A stretch of DNA of 61,629 bases, counting the filler, from Sphacelaria rigidula (taxonomy: Eukaryota): assembly GCA_964200075.2 (NCBI GenBank). It is 7 parts of 7 records of this genome, joined end to end, with 100 filler letters (N's around TTAATTAATTAA, not from the genome) between each part and the next. Parts side by side here need not be neighbours in the genome. Positions count along the whole stretch, not along the records: positions 52,913 to 61,629 come from CAXNAA020010286.1; 6 more parts are not named here. One strand, given 5' to 3'. Below, one piece after another: positions 52,913-61,629 of this stretch. Each line of letters begins with the position of its first letter. Position 1 is the stretch's first letter. The translations under genes were made by a program, and so were the position numbers. The notes beneath the pieces are model-generated. The model ran no database searches. It had not been told where the DNA came from and saw only the letters and a program-made list of their open reading frames with translations.

Positions 52913-53310
52913 AGGTCATGTGGTCAGTCATCGGTAAGGCGATGGTTTCATGAGTGCAGTAAGTCTTGGCATTTATGCCATGCATTGTCCACCCCTTCCC
53001 TTCGTTAGGCGCGTTTTGCACGTAATGTCGGAAATTTCTGGAAATGGCTGACGAGACTTTCACCGCCCAATGGAAACCGGTAAGCTTTTACTGGTATCTC
53101 ACCACGAGACCCCAACCTCCATGTGAATTTTACATGAAAGAGGTGATGACCCTACCCTATCCGTACTGGGTATATCTGCTGTACTTTTGATTTACATGTA
53201 AAGTGGTCAACCTTTATGCTGTTGCTTACATGTCTAGGCTTTGGATTTATCTTATTCTGCGTTTGTTATAATATGATGGGGAAAAATCTCGGTTCTTTTC
53301 CGCGATTCAA

Positions 53311-53725
53311 TGTCTATATCGGGGCCGTGTTACAGTAGGTTAAAGAAAAAGAAGGGTCAGCTTCTCTATTTAATATCTATGTCAGGGCTGTGTTATGGTA
53401 GGTTGAAGAAGAAGAAGGCTTAGCTTCTCTATTTCATGTCTATGTCCGGATTGTGTTACAGTAGGTTAAATAAAAAGAAGGCTTAGCTTCTTTATTTCAT
53501 GCCTATGCCCGGGCTGTGTTATAGTAGCTTGAATAAAACGAAGGGTGAGCTTCTCTATTTCATGCCTTTGTCCGGGCTGTGTTATCGTAGGTTAAAGAAA
53601 AAGGAGGGTCAGCTTCTCTATTTCATGTCCATGTCCGGGCTGTGTTATCGTAGGTTAAAGAAGAAGGAGGGTTAGCTTCTCTTTTCCATGTCTATGTCCG
53701 GGCTGTCTCATGGTAGGTTAAATAA
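53311..53725. repeat. 63-bp minisatellite, ~6.5 copies
   Basis: taggtt marker recurs at 53336, 53399, 53462, 53525, 53588, 53651 and 53714 (period exactly 63). Confidence 0.9.
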
Positions 53726-53900
53726 AATGTGTTTCCGGGGGGAAACCACCGTGTTGCTTAATGTTTCATGTTGTGTCCGTCGGTACGGGACTGTTTTCTA
53801 GTGGCGGTCCCCGGTATTTGTACGGTGACAGTCTAAACATTTATCTAGGTTTTGGTGATTTGGTTCACAGCGCCGTTGCCACTCGACGCCAACCCAAGAG

Positions 53901-54160
53901 TCTAGAGGGAGGATCTACATTCTACAGTAGTGGTGAAGTGAGATATTGCACGATTACTGAGATTCACAGATGTGCTACACAACCTCACACGCGCTCCACA
54001 CGCGTGTCTCGAGCGATGGCATCAGGCGGTCTAGAGGGGGATCTACATTCTACAGTAGTGATGGAGCGAGATATTGCACGATTACTAAGATTCACGGATG
54101 TGCTACATAACCCTCACACGCGCTCAATACGCGTGTGTCTCGAGCGGTGGCATCAGGCGG
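53901..54160. repeat. 129-bp direct duplication
   Basis: tctagaggg...ggatctacattctacagtagtg...ggcatcaggcgg at 53901 and 54030. Confidence 0.85.
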
Positions 54161-54384
54161 TATGCCCACGTGTGCAATTTGACAATGTGGCGCCTTCGAC
54201 GACCCTTCTAGAGGTTCTCTCTTGGCAACGTGAATCTAACCTCCCCTCCACCCGCCCCCCTACCGCAGAATCAATCGCCCCGAAAAGCAAGTGGAAAGAT
54301 ACTTGAATAAAATCATACCAGGCTTCACGTGATGCGGGGAGTGAAACAGGTAGGCCGATTTGCGGTCCTGGATTGTACAACATC

Positions 54385-55262
54385 CAGGCGGGATATGGAT
54401 CTAACTGGCCTATGGATATCCATCTGAGATACCCGTCTGGGATACGATTGTCCATCTGAGACATTCATCTGGGGTATATATATATATATATATATATTCA
54501 TCTAGGATATGGATATTCATCTGGATATATTTCTGCTGGAGTCTCCTTCTGGGGTGTTGACGTCCATGTGGGATATCCATCTGGAATCTCCCCTCCGCGT
54601 TGGATATCCATGTGAGATATCATATGTACATAGCACATCAACCTGGGGTATTCTGCCCCCAGGACTAGGGATTATGCTTAGGATAACGATGAGGTGTAGG
54701 AGTAGGTGTACCGGGTGGGCATTCACATTCCAGGTGGGTGTGTCATCTGGGAAATATCGGCTTCAGATTGGCACCCAGGATGGATCTGACGTCCTTGCTT
54801 CCGAAGTAGACATCCCGACTGAACATTCACACTCCGGGTGGATGTCGCTGATGGCTATCCCGGGTGGATATCCCAGATCGATATCCCAGATGACGTCCAG
54901 ATCCGAGATGGATATTTCGGATGGGAAAAATACCCCAGATTGGCATCCCAGGTGGACATCCCAGGTGGACATTCCAGGTGGACATCCATATCCTAGATGA
55001 ATGGATGATATCCCAGAAGTATATCTCGGGTGGAGGCCCTACGCTGATCTTCACATCCTCGAAGCATGCTCCAGATCAATGAGCATGTATGTCTCAAATA
55101 GATATATCTAATGGAAGCTCACGTCTCAGATGGACATTCATGTCCCACATAGACATCCCCCGTGAATAACCACGCCTTAGATAGATTTCCATATTCCAGA
55201 TGGTTTTCATGTTCCGGGTGGTTGTGCAAGATGCATGTCCCAGATGGATATGATATCCCAGA
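54385..55262. repeat. second GGATATCCATCTG-motif element with inverted motif arrays
   Basis: Forward motifs at 54385-54640 and reverse cagatggatat motifs at 54870-55262. Confidence 0.65.
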
Positions 55263-55991
55263 CGGAGGTTGTACGATAATGCCGACCTCCAGCGACTCAC
55301 CGTGCAAAGAAAATGTCCAAACAATACGGTCTTGGCGTGCCGACCGTGACTTGAAAGAATCGAGGATTAACATTGTTGCTTGAGGCGATCAGTGGAAGTT
55401 TATCGTGTTTCCGACCGCGTGATGCCCACGGGGAATGATATCGCCCGTCTCGCGGGGTCTGGGGGGCTCTGCCGGTCAAACACGTACTGAAGACCTGCCG
55501 CTGACATGTATGGAGTCTGGAAATATCCAGATAAGAGTGCGTGATGACCTTCACTTGATTCTGGCACTTCGATTGGTGCAAGCATCTTTTGTCCTGCGTA
55601 TATTGCCGCGGGCTGTGAGGTTGCCTACATTTGCGCTTGTAACCTGACGAAGTTTGATTCCGAATTGGTGAGTAAAAACCTTCATGCATTGTCATGGTTT
55701 TCGGCCAAATTTGTACCAAAGTCAAGTGTTGTCCTAGCTCCACGTTTATATATGTTTGCAGTAGAAGGGCAAACGTCAGGCCTATTTTACTGGTGTTCCG
55801 ATCATTTCCCCCCAAGTAAGACGAACAGCGACGTGTTCTCTGCCATCATCGCGTACGGTAACCAACCGTAGACCGACCAATTTCTGCCAGCATGCTCGTG
55901 CAGAGACAACATCGTAACAAACGGCTAATTGGGGAACGTTGTGTGTCTCATACGTGGTGTCCGCAGGTGTCTTACAGCAGAATTATCGCAC

Positions 55992-58900
55992 CTCTTCCAG
56001 TATCTCGAGAGACTCTCCCGATAAGACCATGACGGCGCCTTCTTTCACCATCGCGTCTTGATCTCCACCCAATCCCACGGCAAGATGGTGCCCCGACGGC
56101 GGGGAGAAGACCAACGCTCTAGCCGCAGAGTCGATTCTTGTTTTGGCCGTTGACCGTTTCAGGCTCACGCTCCACACCTGTGGACGCCGACATCATCGGC
56201 ACATCGATACATGAACGCACAAACAACCGTCGTGTGTGAATTTGTTGGCGATATCCACAACTGGTGAACGTGTTCAAAAGTGCAACATCGACGTAAGATC
56301 CGATATGTTTCATGTCACAACTGTAGACAGCATTCTCAACAACATGGGAAATGTGGCCAATACCATTTCCAGGCTAACTCTACATATTTCCTACTTTGAT
56401 TCTGATAGAATGGGGATTTTGCCGCGCAACGGTCTGACGAGAAATATAAGAAACCGTACGTGGATGTCCCAATGTTGGTGAAACTATCGATCGCGTGTCT
56501 CTACAAAACATTATTCACACCAGTTGCGAAAAACGAGACGTCGAAGAAACAAAAGATCGGGTGTAGCTCCGCGAAAATATCGAAACCGATTCCGTCAAAG
56601 TTTTGATGTACTCATGATCATGCATGCCATAGTCATACCACACTTTTAGGTGGGGTAAAACCAGACACCAACACGCTTGATAGTACATGAGACGACTCCG
56701 AACCAAAACTCAGGACTGATGGATTCACCTTGAAAGCACGATCTTCAGTGTAGAATCGGAGATCATACGAAGCTGTGAAACCGTGCTCTCCACGTTTCGT
56801 GGAGGGCGTGCACGTACCGGCATTATATATTGGGACGCTGGGGAACATAAACCATGAAAGCCTCGCAAGATGCCCGAGAGCTTGTTACATGCGTACCCTG
56901 ACAAAGGCATCGTCGCCGACGGTAGCATAAACATCCGGATCCTTCGGATGGGTCGCCAGCCCTTTGAGCTTCTTCTTGCCATGTCCCTCCGCCAGCAAGA
57001 GCAGTCGCCCACTAGTACAATATTTTCACGACGGTGAAAACAGTTGGGGGGGGGGGGGAACAAGAACGGTACCTAGTCGTGGTAGTGGAGAGAGATCGTC
57101 GAAGGATCATCAAGCCGGGCATTTAGTGCTGCGCAGGAGGTACTCTTCATCGTCAAAACCCCTACCCCGCCAGTGTCCCGTTGGCGGGCCTCATGTCCCC
57201 AGAGAGTTTCGATGCAGTTTGAGCACACCGGTTGAAGGTCATGCGGAACTCCATTTTCATGCAGCTTCGTGTGCGCTTACACAGGATACTCACATATCTT
57301 CCCTCCAACGACATACACAAGCAAGGTCACGACCTCAAAACGTGGCCAGAAGCCTTCTTGCGGAGGGCGCATATCATCCACGGCTAGCCCGCAGGTTCAA
57401 ACGTTGCAGTCTTGTGACCTCTAACCCGTTACCGTTCTTGAACGTTGTAAAGTTTTCCCCAAACGTACCTGTCCCTGGAAACTTCGAAAATTTCCCCAGC
57501 GCGCGTGCAAACGACGAACTTGCACGCAGCTCCGACCGCGCAGACGCTGTGCAGCACTGGGCTTGCAGGGCAGGTTTCTTGAATGGCGTACTATTTTCGT
57601 TTCGAATGGTGGACAGCAAAAGGTATATACCATGTCAGAATTTTGACTCGTTGAGACACCCCACTCAGCGAGGCTGTGCATGCCATCTAGTGGAATGGCG
57701 TGCTATGTTCTTCTTGGTTTTCGTGGTAGATTACGCGACCGTGAACAAGATATATTGATGGAGCTGGGTGTGGGGCCGGTACGCGCTACACCGACGTCTT
57801 CGGGATATCAGCCGTTCACCTTGCATTCCTGAAATATGATGAAAAAATGGTACCGTGAGCATCCTCCGGCCGGGGCTGCCCATCTTCGCAAATAGATACG
57901 GTACCAGCTACCGGTCATCCCATTAAAAATTTATGTTCATCCACTGAGTGGATAACGTATCCACGCGTACGTGGGAGTTTGTTTAACTGCTGCACGCTTC
58001 TCAAGATGGCACTCGTCGTGTGCCTTTTGTCATGCATTACAAGTCATGTACCGTATGTAGGGTGTGTACTCCGTTCTCCACCTGCTTCAGCTTTTGGAGC
58101 TCCCCGTCCCATAGCCGAACGAACCCGTCTTTTCCAGCGGTCACATAACCCTTCGCGCCCACCTTGGCGACGGCGTACACCGGACCCGCGTGCCCGGGGG
58201 TGGTCCTCTCCACTCTGTGCGCCTTTCGGGGTTCAGAATATCGAGTATTGCGATTTCGTCCGTTAAACATGAGCGCTATGTTGAGCCTTGTTAACGCGAA
58301 GCTCACGAACGAAGTGTCGACGAACAAGGGATTGAGCCCGTTCAAGAACACCAACCGCTTCCCCGTCCTGTGAAGACTGTAAAAATCCCGGAAAAAACAA
58401 CTCGAATATGTTTGTTGTGTTCTCCATACTATACGTAATACGTGGCGGAGACACGCGGTGAACCTAAGCGGGTGATGCAAGACATAAGTGCAAGTATGGT
58501 ACCGACGCGTGCGCCCTGGCATGGAAGATGGCGCATTTATATTCCCTGGATTCACACGGGCAACAAGTCGGAGTTTAAGCATGCTCGGCCACAGCGGGAT
58601 TGTTTGTACGTACGACAAGAGAGAGGGGGATGATCTATGCAGTGTACAGCGATCGCCATACTTTTGTTCTATTTACCAAAGAGAGCATATGGATCAGGTA
58701 CACTAGAAATGGTGTCTATGATCTACGGATGTCTGCTGATGAGGAAATATAAGTGACTGGGCGCCTAGCTGTAGATCTGTAGTGACCCGGGTTGGCCGGG
58801 TTCTCCACGTCTTGTTTTCGCCGAGCGCTCGCCGTTTCAATTTTGCACAGGTGGTGAAAGGGGAAAAACGAAATGCGACAACTTACATAACTTGACTCTA

Positions 58901-60383
58901 GAGTACTGTAGTACGAGCTAGTCACAAGAAGAGGAGATGAATACGTGATGCGATTCGGGACCACCTCGTTTATTGATTGGACAGCTTCGCGTTATTTCTG
59001 TCGCTGAACACAGAGGTTGTCATGTCTTGCCACATTTCGACACTCGCCATGCGTGTATAGGAGACTACTGACCTTCCAGGAGTAAAGGTGGCCTGAAACG
59101 CTACCGGTAAGCGCAGTCTGATCCTGGACCATCTTCACGCCGCACAACACCGGCTGAATCTTCTTACGGAATCTGTGAGACAAAGGGGGATGGCGGATGG
59201 ATGCTGTGGATTCATCTTATGCCGCACGGGGCCCTGTGGGCTCTTGTTCTCCACGCTAGTCGTATCACTGTAGTCCTGCCTGCACGTCAAGATGGGGTAT
59301 TGCAGTAAAGTGCTACTATTTCTCATGCGTGAATACACGTTCGGCGTTACGGTCATTTTGGAAGTGACGTCAGTGTTGACCTGCTGTGGCAGCGGAGAAG
59401 GAATTGGGTCACGCAGGGAATCATCAGCATAATTTTGTGGAGACCCCCACATGGAAGGGAAAAACATCCCGTAACATATCTGTCGAGGGAAAACACCTTT
59501 CTCACATTGAAGACACCACGAAATAACTTCGCACGCTCCATGAAATCAATGTCCCGGGATCAAATCCCGGCTCCGGTCAACGCAACGAAATACGCAAATC
59601 TTCCAAAGTTAAGAGGGCATGGAACTGTCGCAGAATGAGTAGACGAGCAGAAACCTAGCGTGTGACTACCGAGGAGAGTTCACAATGACAACGGAACGTC
59701 TCCTGCGAAGGTTGTTGACTTGGCCACCCAACACCCGCGAGAGCCATATGAAGACAGTTACATAAATATCCTCACCGTTAGCCGGCGAAAAGCGTTACCT
59801 TTGCAAACGTCTCCTTGTAAAAGAAAAACTGGGAAGAGGCTCATGAGAGGGGCGGTGAATTGGATACCACTACATGGTACGGAACGATTCCCACAAAGTG
59901 TTCGTCTAGGGCAATACTTTTCAAAGCATTCGGTATTGAAACAATTTCTACAATTCCGGGGTTTCGGAGCCAGAACCGGCCCTAGAGCCGTTCCGCGCGA
60001 TCAGATCTGATCCCCATGCTTTGGATCATATGTTTGGGTTCCCGACGGCAACGAGTTGTGATCACGTCCATAAGATCGGCAAAATAGAATCAGGGGACAC
60101 GAAGAATCATCGCAGCAATGAAAAACAGAGAAAACGCGGGAATAATTGAATATACTGAGGGAAAACAACGAGTCTCATTGTGAACAGACCTCACCCAAAA
60201 ACACCTCTTTTTCTTCTGAGGCCTCGAGCTCCTTCCGTGTGCTCGAAAAACATGACAGCCTTTACGCCGCCGGCCAACAGGGGAAACGCCTCTTTCCCAG
60301 TGAAAACCAGGCACAGGAAACGAGTGAACCCCGCCTTGGTCGTCGCGACCGGGAAGGCGTCTGCCCACTCGCCGGATGGACTC
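55992..60383 (-). CDS. echinoderm microtubule-associated protein-like (EML5/6-type) WD40 protein, internal exons
   Basis: Phase-compatible exons 60195-60383, 59073-59172, 58082-58222, 57469-57590, 56897-57011 and 55992-56177. They give GHAGPVYAV..YVTAGKDGFVRLWD, TRAGEIFEV, EGHGKKKLKGLATHPKDPDVYATVGDDAFVRVWS and ARALVFSP..HLAVG, typical EML WD40 motifs. Confidence 0.85.
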
Positions 60384-61319
60384 CTGAAACCAGAACAGGG
60401 CATACATTTTGGTTTGATTTGATTTGATTGATTGATTGATTGCCGCACTTTACCCGACCCTCTAGGGGTCATGATCCAGCCGTGATCACATGACAGACGT
60501 ACCCTAGACAAAACAAAACTGAAACACTCGTAGAAAAAAAAGAGAAAAAACAGACAAAGTCGAACAGAACGACATAGACCAAGGTTTTCGTGTGATATAG
60601 AGTTGGGTGCGGATTGAGCGTGGCTTTGATCATTCGCGTCAACTTGTCCAATTTTGCATTTCGAGTGTGCTTTTCTTCGTCTCATCACTGCCATGTGCTT
60701 ACAGCTACACGTTGATACCCTACTCGAGGGTATCGAGGGCCTCAGCGGCAAGCTATTACAGAGAGAATATTGGGCCTGGTGGAGGTGCGTTTCGGAACTG
60801 AAACGGCTTATTACTCACCCATTGATCGCTTTTCACTCTGTATCATACCTTCAACTCTCAATTTCACGAAAACGTCGTTATTGTAGACTAAGACGTAAAA
60901 AACAATAATGAATAAAAAGTCGAGTTGTCTAAAACAGCAAAGGAAAAAGAAAAGGAAAGGAAAGGAAAGAAAAGAGAAGAACATGAAGCCAAATACGTAT
61001 TGCAGGGTTTTGTGCGAGATTTATCTGCTCATGAAATCGATAAAATGGTTCAAAACGTTTGACTAGGATCGCAGCATTCCACTCATCGATGCATTCTGTT
61101 TCGTGCACAATCTGAAGAATGACGGGAATATCATCTCCCAATCCGGGGACGATGCTCACGAAGCATCTGTGCGACAGGACGTGTTTTTATACGCATTTGC
61201 AAGATGTCTTGCGGTCACAGAAACTAGGCATCACACTTCTGTACACCATCATTATCAGATTGATAGCACCATTTCCCCGACCACCTTCTTCGATCATCCG
61301 GTGAGGATGACAACACTAT

Positions 61320-61629
61320 CTACGATAGCCCCCCAAAAGAAATGCATGGTTTTGGGAGGCAAAACCTTCACGTAAATCGGAATGGGAAAAGCCGAACACA
61401 ACAAGCAGCCGGGAATTCCCACGCTTGGGTTCGTTTTTGCCAATGTCGCCAATATGAGGCGCTTCATGCAGCTTGAAACCAAACATCAGGCGCTGTGCAT
61501 CAGGCGCTGTATGGCCATTTTGTTCGTGACACTTTTGGGCTATTCGTTTTTTTGTAGGGGAGGGGTACTCATTTGTTGCTTGCCTTAGTCGTTTGACCAT
61601 TGACCACGCATCCCTTTCGAGAGGAGCAC
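61320..61629 (+). repeat. CTACGAT-family interspersed repeat (longer form) at contig end
   Basis: 5' part matches 43935-43995 (ctacgatagcccccc..gcatggttttgggaggcaaaa..ttcacgtaaatcg); 3' part matches 8630-8700. Confidence 0.75.

Noticed and set aside
53311-53725. CRISPR array
   Set aside because: Head-to-tail tandem units with no unique spacers, no cas genes, eukaryotic context.
56964-57758. 264-aa plus-strand ORF
   Set aside because: Antisense to EML exons and introns, with no recognisable domain.

Overview
Eukaryotic, intron-rich, repeat-rich DNA. The splice signals (gtgagt/gtgcgt donors, pyrimidine-cag acceptors), ~48-50% GC and transposon types point to a brown alga or related stramenopile (inference). 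The window is not one locus. It is seven contigs of 8721, 8720, 8719, 8718, 8717, 8717 and 8717 bp, sorted by size and joined by artificial 100-nt N44-TTAATTAATTAA-N44 spacers, so adjacency across spacers means nothing. Contig 1: first exon of an Fpg/MutM glycosylase, head-to-head with a multi-exon ARM/HEAT-like gene. Contig 2: degenerate Ty3/Gypsy pol whose integrase ends in a chromodomain-like and then a PWWP/Tudor-like module. Contig 3: eight exons of a GEX1/KAR5/Brambleberry nuclear-fusion gene, not visible as a single ORF, with a possible lesion in one exon, plus tRNA-SINEs and an RTE-LINE relic. Contig 4: phase-0 exons of an ARM-like gene. Contig 5: DIRS/Ngaro-type RT-RNaseH relic and foldback MITEs. 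Contig 6: a C3HC4 RING protein carrying seven copies of an unrecognised VGxxxxxxLxxRW repeat. Contig 7: six exons of an EML-type WD40 gene. Most short ORFs in the six-frame track are spurious.
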